Below are positions 28,058 through 36,300 of a stretch of 64,000 nt of DNA, in pieces. This DNA is from Anaerolineales bacterium (GTDB taxonomy: Bacteria; Chloroflexota; Anaerolineae; Anaerolineales; Villigracilaceae): assembly GCA_014860745.1 (NCBI GenBank), contig JACZJC010000035.1, forward strand, positions 10,354 through 74,353, in the 5' to 3' direction. The position numbers and the translations under genes were made by a program. The notes under the pieces were generated by a model. That model searched no databases. It was given only the letters and a program-made list of their open reading frames with translations, and was not told the DNA's origin. The number at the start of each line of letters is the position of its first letter. Position 1 is the first letter of the stretch.

Positions 28058-28210
28058 ACAAATCACCCTGGGCAATCGGCAGGATAATGCAGCCTTCCGA
28101 AACCATGCCGGGACGCACATGCCTTCTGCCATGAAGTGGTATATTACATATAAGAATCGTATCCCCCTCCCGCTCCCCTGCGAGGCAGATATCGCAAACG
28201 GACGAGCCGC
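28058..28210 (+). repeat. Degenerate attC remnant
   Basis: aaccgccaaacaaa resembles the expected left box (aactgcccaac); gatatcgcaa module at the 3' end; no intact GTT box. Confidence 0.35.
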
Positions 28211-28233
28211 ATAATTAGAATGGATGAACTTTC

Positions 28234-29100
28234 ATGAAGAAAACAGACCTTGTTTCACTGATCGTCTTTCCTTTTTTGATATTCGTAGGGGCTCTCTTTG
28301 CCTATTCAGGAAGCCGGGGAGGGAGCTCGGTTTATGGGCTTCCCCTATTTGCATGGTTGGTGGGGCTGACCTTTCTGATCCAATGGCTGGTCTTTATCCC
28401 AGCCTTTCTACTGCAAACCGAAAAATTTTTCGATCTAACGGGCAGTCTCACGTATATTTCCGTGACAATTATTGCGGTATTTTTCAGTGCAGGCATTAAT
28501 GGAAGATCCATCCTCCTGGCTTTCCTTGTGGTGGTCTGGGCAATCCGCCTGGGAACGTTTCTATTCACCCGAATCAGAAAAGCAGGAAAGGATGATCGGT
28601 TTGATGAGATAAAGCCTTCCTTTATCCGCTTCCTAAATGTTTGGACCATCCAGGGCTTGTGGGTAGCATTGACAATGGGCGCTGCATTGGCCGCCATTAC
28701 TGCCGCCTACCGAAAAGATTTGGATTGGTTCGCCGTCATCGGCTTCGTGGTATGGATTTTTGGATTTGCCATTGAGGTCGCAGCCGACTCTCAAAAAAGT
28801 CGCTTCAACGCAAACCCGGAAAACAAGGGAAAGTTTATCCGAACAGGGCTATGGTCACGATCCCGCCACCCCAACTACTTTGGTGAGATCGTCCTCTGGG
28901 TTGGCATTGCGGTTATCGCATTCCCCGTCCTGCAAGGCTGGCAGTGGGTCACCCTGATTTCCCCGGTTTTTGTCGCACTGCTTATCACCCGGGTAAGTGG
29001 AGTTCCCCAGCTTGAAACCAAGGCGGATAAAAAATGGGGCGGGCAGGAAGATTATGAGGCCTATAAGAAGAGAACGCCTGTACTGATTCCCCGATTGTGA
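28234..29100 (+). CDS. DUF1295 / steroid 5-alpha-reductase-like membrane protein (distal cassette)
   Basis: WAIRLG.FLF.RI, GLWSRSRHPNYFGE motif. Confidence 0.85.
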   Translation: MKKTDLVSLIVFPFLIFVGALFAYSGSRGGSSVYGLPLFAWLVGLTFLIQWLVFIPAFLLQTEKFFDLTGSLTYISVTIIAVFFSAGINGRSILLAFLVVVWAIRLGTFLFTRIRKAGKDDRFDEIKPSFIRFLNVWTIQGLWVALTMGAALAAITAAYRKDLDWFAVIGFVVWIFGFAIEVAADSQKSRFNANPENKGKFIRTGLWSRSRHPNYFGEIVLWVGIAVIAFPVLQGWQWVTLISPVFVALLITRVSGVPQLETKADKKWGGQEDYEAYKKRTPVLIPRL

Positions 29101-29248
29101 TTCCAATCGAAAGCGGCATGCAGCAGAGGGGGGCAACCGCAATGACCAATCATTGTCCACGCCCATTTGGTTGTCGAATGCCGGGTAAATCTTCTCGAAA
29201 TTCAAAAATAGATGGAACTTCCCACCCAGGAAAGGAACTGTACCATCC

Positions 29249-29632
29249 ATGAGTCCAGCGTCCATGTCACGATTGGAATCAGCGACCCGTATTGTCCTTG
29301 AATTCAATGAAGCCTTCAACCGCCACGATGTGGCAGGGATGATGCATTTGATGAGCGACAACTGCATCTTCCAGAACACTTCCCCAGCTCCCGACGGCAC
29401 GGCCTACGCGGGGAAGGAAGCGGTCACACAGTTTTGGGAAGACTTCTTCCGCGAGTCGCCGCAAGCCCGCATCGAGATCGAGGAAATCTTCGGCTTTGGG
29501 AATCGGTGCGTGATGCGCTGGACCTATAAATGGGTGGACGCGGCGGGGCAAAATGGACATGTGCGGGGAGTTGATATATTCCAGATTCGGGACGGGCTGA
29601 TCTATGAAAAGTTGTCCTACGTTAAGGGTTAA
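29249..29632 (+). CDS. SnoaL/NTF2-like family protein (distal cassette)
   Basis: F.EAFNRHDV pattern, G..AV..FW, RGVDIF.IRDG.I.EK. Confidence 0.8.
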   Translation: MSPASMSRLESATRIVLEFNEAFNRHDVAGMMHLMSDNCIFQNTSPAPDGTAYAGKEAVTQFWEDFFRESPQARIEIEEIFGFGNRCVMRWTYKWVDAAGQNGHVRGVDIFQIRDGLIYEKLSYVKG

Positions 29633-29639
29633 TCTATCT

Positions 29640-30569
29640 TTACTTTTTATATTGGTTCGCCCTGTCCTTTAAGACCACTTCCCTCAATTTCTCCAGACCC
29701 ATTAGATTCAAAACAGCAGAAATAATAATATTCATCCGCGCCAGAGCTGTTGGCGGGTGGATGAGAAGCGCGCGCCCCCATGCGGAAAGTGCTTTTGAAG
29801 GCTGGCCGCCGTCGAGCAGGTAACGCGCATCCACGCGGTGGGCTGAGGCGCGCGCGCGGCGGTTCACTTTTGAAAGCATAGGCACAAGATTATCATCTTG
29901 TGAAATCGTTTCTAAAATTTTGAAGGCTTCGCGGCCAAATTCAGCGGCCTTGGCGCGGTTCTTGGCCTCGGGATGGTAGCGCGCCGCAGACCAGGTCTGG
30001 TCCACGTGCAAAATTTTTCCATGCCGGGCGATTTGAATCCACAAAAGGTGGTCGAGGAGAAAATGGAATGATGAATCGAGCCCATTTGTTTTTTGCAGGG
30101 CAGAGCGGCGCATAAATACGGCGGGCTGACCGATGATCTGAAAACACAACAAATCTTCGAGGGTCAATGGTTTGTAATTCAGGGTATTGAAAGTTTGGCC
30201 ATTCTCATCCACAGCGAGCATGTTTCCATAAACCAATACCACATCGGGGTTTTCATCAAAGATTTTCACCGCCGCGCTGACCGTTCCGGGGAGATAATAA
30301 TCATCCGAATTGAGCCAGGCCACAATTTCGCCAGAGGCGCGGGCAAAGCCTTTGTTGATCGCGTCCGCCTGCCCGCGGTCTTGTTCTGAAACCCAATACG
30401 CCAATTTACTTTCGTATTTTTTTATGATGTCTACACAGCCATCGGTGGAAGCGCCGTCCACAATGATGTATTCGACGCGCGGATAATCCTGATTCAAAAC
30501 AGACAGGATCGTCTGCTCGAGATAGGCGGATTGATTGTACGAAGGGGTGATGATGGAAACGAAGGTCAT
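29640..30569 (-). CDS. Glycosyltransferase family 2
   Basis: VSIITPSYNQ, VDGASTDG, WLNSDD; the longer ORF-track N-terminus reads through a repeat. Confidence 0.88.
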   Translation of the reverse strand: MTFVSIITPSYNQSAYLEQTILSVLNQDYPRVEYIIVDGASTDGCVDIIKKYESKLAYWVSEQDRGQADAINKGFARASGEIVAWLNSDDYYLPGTVSAAVKIFDENPDVVLVYGNMLAVDENGQTFNTLNYKPLTLEDLLCFQIIGQPAVFMRRSALQKTNGLDSSFHFLLDHLLWIQIARHGKILHVDQTWSAARYHPEAKNRAKAAEFGREAFKILETISQDDNLVPMLSKVNRRARASAHRVDARYLLDGGQPSKALSAWGRALLIHPPTALARMNIIISAVLNLMGLEKLREVVLKDRANQYKK

Positions 30570-30578
30570 AATTATTTT

Positions 30579-30668
30579 ATGTCGTTGCGAGGGCGCTCTT
30601 GTTCTTCGCCCGAAGCAATCCCCTGTTGCGAGAAGATTGCTTCGGGACGAACACCCTCGCAATGACAT
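30579..30668. repeat. Palindromic repeat, GTCATTGCGAG...GAAGCAATC...GATTGCTTC...CTCGCAATGAC family, copy 1
   Basis: Terminal IR atgtcgttgcgaggg/ccctcgcaatgacat and inner IR ccgaagcaatc/gattgcttcgg. Confidence 0.85.
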
Positions 30669-30672
30669 GCAA

Positions 30673-32205
30673 TTATTTTCTCAGATCATACAATACATAC
30701 CCATCGCCTTGCGCGGCAATCGGGTATCCATCCAAAATTTCTTTCAAGTCGGGCTGTTTATCCAGCTGACCAAAGGCCGTCACCAGGAAATAATCCATGC
30801 CTTCGGTCAGTTCCATAAATTTTTCAGCGTTATTTTTACCTGGGTTGCGCGCCTCGCTCAGTCCCGTCGCCAGCGGCCAAAGACTTACCCTGCGCCAGCC
30901 ATACATCATCAAACGGTAGCCATAATCCTGCGTCAGCGCCATCACATTTCCATCGGAAGGAATCACCCCGCCCACTTCGCTCCAAAACGCAGGCTCATGT
31001 CGAAAACTTTCCGCGATTAAAACCGACCGCGACACATAAGCCTGATAACCGATCACAGCCACAGTCAACGCGATAAAGCCCACGCGTCCGACTCCGCTGT
31101 TAGCTGCCACACTTTCAACAAGCGGATTCAACACCACGGCCAATCCCAGCGCAATGATGGGAATCAGTTGAATATGGTAGTAACTGTGCGTGTACATCTG
31201 AAAGGGCAACGTCAACCCGTACAGCAAATAGCCGATCCACAAACTGACCAGCAGCCAGCGCATGCGCGGACTGGCGATCAGCGCGCCAGCAATGCTCAGG
31301 AAGATGATCGTCAGCCCGAAAAGAGTCCCGAGGAAGGCCAGCCATTTGGTATAAAAATCCGTGCTGGCGATGAGGTTGATGAGCGCCACAGTCCATGAGA
31401 AAAAATATTCGGTGGAGCGGCCCTGGTTGAGAAGAACATAATAAACCGCCGCAGGCAAAACCATGATGACGATCATCGTCCACACTTGTTTTGATTTCCA
31501 GAAATTCTTTCCAAGCGTGAAGAGCACCAGGGCGATTGCAGCCGAACCGACGAAGAAGGCAATGACGATCTTTACGAACGTCGCCAGCCCTAGGAAAACC
31601 CCGGCGAGGATGGCCCAGCGCCAACTTGACCTCACCCCCGACCCCTCTACCCTAGCGGGCACACGTCCTAAAAGGAGAGGGGAGCAAGATTCACTCCAGC
31701 GATAAAGAAAATAAATACCGACGACAAAAGCGGATGTCATCAACGGGTCAGGCTGAAAAGAGCGGCTGGCCTGCACCGAAAACGGCAGGATAAGATAATA
31801 GGCCAGCGCGATCAACGCCGCCCACGGAGAGGTTTCGCGGCGCATCAAATCAAACAAAGCAACACCTGCCGCGAGCCAGAAGAGAGTCACCCACACTCGG
31901 GCGGCGGCAATGTTCTCGCCTGTGATGAGGTAGGTGTAAGCAACAATCGATTCAATGACAGGCGGTTCATACTTCCCGACTGAACGCGCAAACGATGCTG
32001 CCAGGTTGCGTTGTTCCGTGGTTGCGGATGGCAGGATGGAATAATAAATATCCCGCGCCACCAGTGAATTGCGGAGCTGGCGCGAAGGATGAAAATCCAG
32101 CGGAGGGTCGGTAATATCGAGCATTCGCAGAAATCCGCCCAGGGCGAGGAGAAGGATGAAGCTGATGAACCAGCTGCGAGTTTGAGGTTGAAGCGGATTT
32201 TTCAT
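30673..32205 (-). CDS. ArnT/PMT-like GT-C glycosyltransferase, paralog B
   Basis: DFHPSRQ, SRSFQPDPLM, HSYY; paralog of 20889-22463. Confidence 0.75.
   Translation of the reverse strand: MKNPLQPQTRSWFISFILLLALGGFLRMLDITDPPLDFHPSRQLRNSLVARDIYYSILPSATTEQRNLAASFARSVGKYEPPVIESIVAYTYLITGENIAAARVWVTLFWLAAGVALFDLMRRETSPWAALIALAYYLILPFSVQASRSFQPDPLMTSAFVVGIYFLYRWSESCSPLLLGRVPARVEGSGVRSSWRWAILAGVFLGLATFVKIVIAFFVGSAAIALVLFTLGKNFWKSKQVWTMIVIMVLPAAVYYVLLNQGRSTEYFFSWTVALINLIASTDFYTKWLAFLGTLFGLTIIFLSIAGALIASPRMRWLLVSLWIGYLLYGLTLPFQMYTHSYYHIQLIPIIALGLAVVLNPLVESVAANSGVGRVGFIALTVAVIGYQAYVSRSVLIAESFRHEPAFWSEVGGVIPSDGNVMALTQDYGYRLMMYGWRRVSLWPLATGLSEARNPGKNNAEKFMELTEGMDYFLVTAFGQLDKQPDLKEILDGYPIAAQGDGYVLYDLRK
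31630..31683. repeat. 54-bp REP-like element inserted in frame in GT paralog B
   Basis: cctcacccccgacccctctaccc...ggagagggga matches the reverse complement of the queG element; encodes SPLLLGRVPARVEGSGVR. Confidence 0.7.
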
Positions 32206-32231
32206 AAGGGGATGAATCAAAACATTAAACG

Positions 32232-33050
32232 TTATTTGAAGAGGGAATTGTAGTCCACTTTGGGGAAGACGGTCAGTTTCCCGCCGATGGTCGCATCCAC
32301 GATCTCGCGGCCCGCCTTGCGATAGGCTTCGCGCGCCATGATGTAACCGACTTCGGAAGTGTCGAGATCAGGTAATTGCCAGCGGACGCCCTTGCCAAAA
32401 TAATTGGGCGAAACATGGTTGGGGTCATCGCCTTCCGAGACGACGATTTTATTCGCCTCGCCTTTGGATGTGAAATTATGATCGACGCCGATGAGGACGG
32501 CCTTTTCAAAGCCCATGTGATAGGCAAGTTGAAGCGCAAAGGTAGTGACGGTGGCTCCCTCCCAAACGCGTCCTGTTACCGTTTTGGAAAATCGCGGACC
32601 GGTATAGGAGGTGTAGATAAAGATTGGCAATTGGGTAACTGGCAATTGAGCTGAGAAGTAGCGGCGCGAACGCCATGCCAAAAATTTTGGTATTGGAAGC
32701 GCGAGGATATCGTCGGCGAATTGCTCAATGACGAGATCGTTGATGGAGCAAAAATAAGTGGTGGTAAAACCGAGTTCGGGGAAAAGAAGATAGAAGCGGT
32801 TCATGCCGAACGTGAATTCGTTCTTGAGTTTGGCGAGGTCCGTTTGTTTGAGGCTGGGGCCGTTGCCGATGATGAAGGCACGTTCGCCTTTGTGAATATC
32901 TTTTAACGCGGCAAGGCGGCGAATACTTTCACGCCGCCAGGGATGCAGGTATGCGGCTGGCAATTGAGGCAGACGCCGAATGGCATCATTCGTGTTGCGG
33001 GCAAGGTTCCAGAGCGGGGCGGGAATTACAGATTTGAGGGATCGTTTCAT
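32232..33050 (-). CDS. DUF115/Maf-like protein, candidate nonulosonic acid transferase
   Basis: AFIIGNGPSL motif, TFGMNR, LAYHMGF..VLIGVDH. Confidence 0.7.
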   Translation of the reverse strand: MKRSLKSVIPAPLWNLARNTNDAIRRLPQLPAAYLHPWRRESIRRLAALKDIHKGERAFIIGNGPSLKQTDLAKLKNEFTFGMNRFYLLFPELGFTTTYFCSINDLVIEQFADDILALPIPKFLAWRSRRYFSAQLPVTQLPIFIYTSYTGPRFSKTVTGRVWEGATVTTFALQLAYHMGFEKAVLIGVDHNFTSKGEANKIVVSEGDDPNHVSPNYFGKGVRWQLPDLDTSEVGYIMAREAYRKAGREIVDATIGGKLTVFPKVDYNSLFK

Positions 33051-33051
33051 G

Positions 33052-33423
33052 TCAGTTGAAATATATTTTTCTTAGAGAGATCAACACCCACAGGATGATC
33101 CCATCGATGATCAGCGCGGTGATGTAAAGAGGTTCAGGAACGCCGGTAAATGCCAGGGCGATATTCAAGACAACCACGACAAGCGCAAAAATATACGTCC
33201 ACTTCTCTTTTTGAGCCAGCATCTTTCCGCCAAGGAACATGGCAGTCACATTCACCAGCAGGAAGATACCAACCAGCAGCGTGGAGAGTCCATTGTTATC
33301 GAGCAGCATTTCCACAAGAATACCTGCAGAAATGACCAGCCAAAGCACGGCATTCATATAAAAAAGGACACGCGCAATGTTTCCGCGCTGCGCAAAGATT
33401 ACCTTTTCCCTTTGTTTTCTCAT
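33052..33423 (-). CDS. Small membrane protein (four TM helices)
   Basis: Hydrophobic ORF coupled to its neighbours by overlapping start/stop codons. Confidence 0.6.
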   Translation of the reverse strand: MRKQREKVIFAQRGNIARVLFYMNAVLWLVISAGILVEMLLDNNGLSTLLVGIFLLVNVTAMFLGGKMLAQKEKWTYIFALVVVVLNIALAFTGVPEPLYITALIIDGIILWVLISLRKIYFN

Positions 33424-34175
33424 TCGGTGCTCAGCCTCGCCGTTGCGCCGCCATCCACGATCATGGCCTGCCCGGTCATAAAAGAGGATTGTTCGTTGTC
33501 CGCAAGGAAATAAATCGCATGCGCGATCTCTCCAGGGGTCCCCACCCGCCCGTTGACTGTTTTTCGGGCAAGGTTATCGAGCCGTTCCTGCATGTCGCCC
33601 TGGCCTACATGCCCGCGCCCAAGACCAGCGCGCAGCATCGGCGTATCCACAGCCCCGGGCAGAATGGCATTGACGCGGATGTTGTCGGGCGCGAATTCAA
33701 TCGCCATGGCACGAGTCAACGCGAGCAGTCCGCCTTTCGATGCGGCATACGCGGCGATGTTGGCGGAGGTCTGCACGGCATGGACGGAGGACACATTCAC
33801 GATTGCTCCGCCGCTTCCCGCCTTCAACAATGGATGAGCCAATTTGACGCCGAGAAATACTGAACGCAGGTTGGCCGCCATGACGGCATCCCATTCCTCG
33901 ACAGTGGTTTGCACGAGCGGTTTGGCAACCTGCAATGCGGCATTGTTGACAAGCGCATCCAATGACTCGGTGAAGGCCTGGGCTTTTCCAAAGATGGCTT
34001 GCATATCTTCGGGCCGCGAGATATCGGATTGAATGAAGAGGCCGTTATTAGGAAAGCCCTCCCCAAACTCGGACCGGTCCACGCCGATGACGCGCCAGCC
34101 TTTTTCAGCAAAGAGGGCAACGGAGGCGCGGCCAATGCCGCCTGCCGCACCAGTGATGAGAATTGTTTTTGTCAT
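33420..34175 (-). CDS. SDR family NAD(P)-dependent oxidoreductase
   Basis: TGAAGGIG, NNAA, YAASKGG (YxxxK). Confidence 0.9.
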   Translation of the reverse strand: MTKTILITGAAGGIGRASVALFAEKGWRVIGVDRSEFGEGFPNNGLFIQSDISRPEDMQAIFGKAQAFTESLDALVNNAALQVAKPLVQTTVEEWDAVMAANLRSVFLGVKLAHPLLKAGSGGAIVNVSSVHAVQTSANIAAYAASKGGLLALTRAMAIEFAPDNIRVNAILPGAVDTPMLRAGLGRGHVGQGDMQERLDNLARKTVNGRVGTPGEIAHAIYFLADNEQSSFMTGQAMIVDGGATARLSTE

Positions 34176-34185
34176 AGGGTATATA

Positions 34186-34719
34186 TTTTAGTACACGGAT
34201 TCACACGGGACGCCCGGAAAAGGCTTAATGGTTACGGATTGGAGTTTAACCAGGACAATGATCCTTTTCGAGGATTGTCGTATATTTTACGTCGAAATTC
34301 GGCCTCACGACCAAAGTTCAACAAAAGGCCAACTTCAATCTCTGTCGCCTTAAAATAATTGAGTAATTGAGCCTCGTGAGCGTCAATAAGTTTATCAACC
34401 GATTTCAGTTCAAGCAAAACCAGGCCGTTCACGATCAAATCTGCCTTGTACTCTCCAACCATCCTGCCGTGATAATAAACATCAATATCCTTTTGTCTCG
34501 CTACCACAAGTCCCATTTCAAGCAGCAAAACTTCCAACGCCCCTTCATACACCTTCTCAGAAAAACCAAAGCCCAATTCCTTTTGGACTTGAAAGAATGC
34601 ACCAAGAATTTTACCTGTCAATTCGGAATGACGGCCCTCAAATTTCTTTTTCATCTCCATTCCACACCTCCGTCCATTAAAGAATTTTCCGTGTCATCCG
34701 TAAATTCCGTGTACCAAAA
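34186..34719. mobile_element. Inverted-repeat-bracketed single-gene insert (GxxExxY)
   Basis: Left arm 34186-34238 and right arm 34669-34719 are imperfect reverse complements; outer 14 nt match 13/14. Confidence 0.6.
34232..34660 (-). CDS. GxxExxY family protein (PD-(D/E)xK nuclease-like)
   Basis: GFSEKVY motif; ADLIV..VLLELKSV; LLLNFG. Confidence 0.9.
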   Translation of the reverse strand: MEMKKKFEGRHSELTGKILGAFFQVQKELGFGFSEKVYEGALEVLLLEMGLVVARQKDIDVYYHGRMVGEYKADLIVNGLVLLELKSVDKLIDAHEAQLLNYFKATEIEVGLLLNFGREAEFRRKIYDNPRKGSLSWLNSNP

Positions 34720-36300
34720 CTACCGAGCATTCAAACGAAATATGATGCAGGGTTCAATTGCAGTCTCGACATGATAGTTTTCAAAAACAAAGGAAAAAAC
34801 CTTCTCCATGCCGGGTTGAATGTACATTTTCTTTTTCAGGCCGGGGATCGAATATTGCTCTTCGCGTATTGTAGGGTCTAGCGAAGGGATGGCATCCACC
34901 GAGCGGGAGCAATCCAGGATCATTTCCGGGCGGCTGGTGGTCAGGTCTTCGATGTAGGTGGATTCGATTTTATCGGTCAACGAGCCTTCCAGAAAGAGCG
35001 GATAATACAAATACTTGACGGGCGAAGTCCGCCCCGCCATGAAACTGACGCCCATCTCCGGGTACCACGTCAGCACAAGGTCGTCAGGCCGGGTGTTTTC
35101 GCGAACATAAGCGGAGAGCGGATCAACATACGTCATTGCGCCTGAGCGCATGAAAAGCTGGCGGAGGGTTTGTCCATACCGCAGGCCCGATGATGGAAAA
35201 ACGGCCAACAGCGCGACGATCATCACCAATGAAACATATGCGCCCAACCCGTCACTCCACCCTTCCAGGGAGGATATTTTGAAGGTCACCTGCCAGAACT
35301 CTGCAAATAGGAAGGCGCAGTATACAGCAACCGCCAAAACCCAGCTGATGTAGTAATGGGTAAAGTTCCTGCCGGAGAGATTGCTCAAGAGGATCTCAAT
35401 GGGGAACCAGATCAAAAGGAAGGTTTCAAAGACCGATAACTTTCTCTGCATGAAACTGATCAACGCCCGCAGGACAAGAACGAACCACGCAAACAACGTG
35501 AACCAGCCATACCATGACAGGCCATACTTTCCAAAACCGCCGAACAGGTCCTGCCATTCTCTCGCCTTCGCCGCGGAATATGAAAAATTAAAAACGATCG
35601 AGGCATCGATCATATCCCCTGCGCCGCCAAGCAATGCAAAATACAAAGTCCACAAGAGGAGCGGGAGTGCAAATCCCGCAAGGGTTGCAAGAACCGTTCT
35701 CGATGCCACCATAATATTTCGCTTGAACGCATGAAACAAAAAGACCGCGCCAAGGATCGCAAACAGCCCGCCGATGTTATTGGCGCGGAAGGTAAAACTG
35801 ACCCCAAACAGCGCGCCGATCCAAAAAAACTTCCAATAATTTCGGTCGGCCTCTTCCATGGAAAGGAAAAGATAAAGCCCCGCCGCATTGAAGAGCAGCG
35901 CATATTCCTCGGTGTAATTTCCGTAGCCCAGGGCGAAGCGCAGGCCAAGCCCGGCTATCGTCACGCCGAATAACGCCGCGCCAATACCCCATTGCTTTTT
36001 AAGAACACGATACAAAAGCAGGAATGCCCCAAAGATACAAACAAACTCAACCAACCAGACTCCCCAGCGCGACCCGCCTCCTAGCCACAGTCCCAGCGCG
36101 TTGATGTAAAAAATAGCCGGGCCCTTCGAATCCCAGAAATCCTGGTAGGGAATCTTTCCATCCAAAATCTGGCCGCCCGCATACAAAAAGAAGCCGCCGT
36201 CCCGCGCGGGTTTATCGAAGGACGGATTGCCCAGGTCCAACACAAGAGCAGTTAGTACGAACAAAAAAATATATGGAAGCGTGAAACGGATTTTAGACAT
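34720..36300 (-). CDS. GT-C-like (PMT/ArnT family) polytopic glycosyltransferase
   Basis: RDGG.F.Y.G..I..G..PY.D.WDSKGP first-loop motif; many TM helices. Confidence 0.75.
   Translation of the reverse strand: MSKIRFTLPYIFLFVLTALVLDLGNPSFDKPARDGGFFLYAGGQILDGKIPYQDFWDSKGPAIFYINALGLWLGGGSRWGVWLVEFVCIFGAFLLLYRVLKKQWGIGAALFGVTIAGLGLRFALGYGNYTEEYALLFNAAGLYLFLSMEEADRNYWKFFWIGALFGVSFTFRANNIGGLFAILGAVFLFHAFKRNIMVASRTVLATLAGFALPLLLWTLYFALLGGAGDMIDASIVFNFSYSAAKAREWQDLFGGFGKYGLSWYGWFTLFAWFVLVLRALISFMQRKLSVFETFLLIWFPIEILLSNLSGRNFTHYYISWVLAVAVYCAFLFAEFWQVTFKISSLEGWSDGLGAYVSLVMIVALLAVFPSSGLRYGQTLRQLFMRSGAMTYVDPLSAYVRENTRPDDLVLTWYPEMGVSFMAGRTSPVKYLYYPLFLEGSLTDKIESTYIEDLTTSRPEMILDCSRSVDAIPSLDPTIREEQYSIPGLKKKMYIQPGMEKVFSFVFENYHVETAIEPCIIFRLNAR

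Larger units (their letters stand above)
22735..29632 (+). mobile_element. Integron gene-cassette array lacking an adjacent integrase (CALIN-like, with attI and Pc retained)
   Basis: AT-rich, co-oriented short ORFs separated by related imperfect palindromes bounded by RYYYAAC-like and GTTRRRY boxes; in cassettes 1-4 the left box is complementary to the cassette start (10-11 nt, 0-1 mismatch). Confidence 0.85.

Noticed and set aside
30570-30668. N-terminal extensions in the ORF track (also 58191-58298, 60036-60203, 5274-5483, 47007-47036)
   Set aside because: They run through intergenic repeats or overlap upstream genes; better starts with family-typical N-termini lie downstream.
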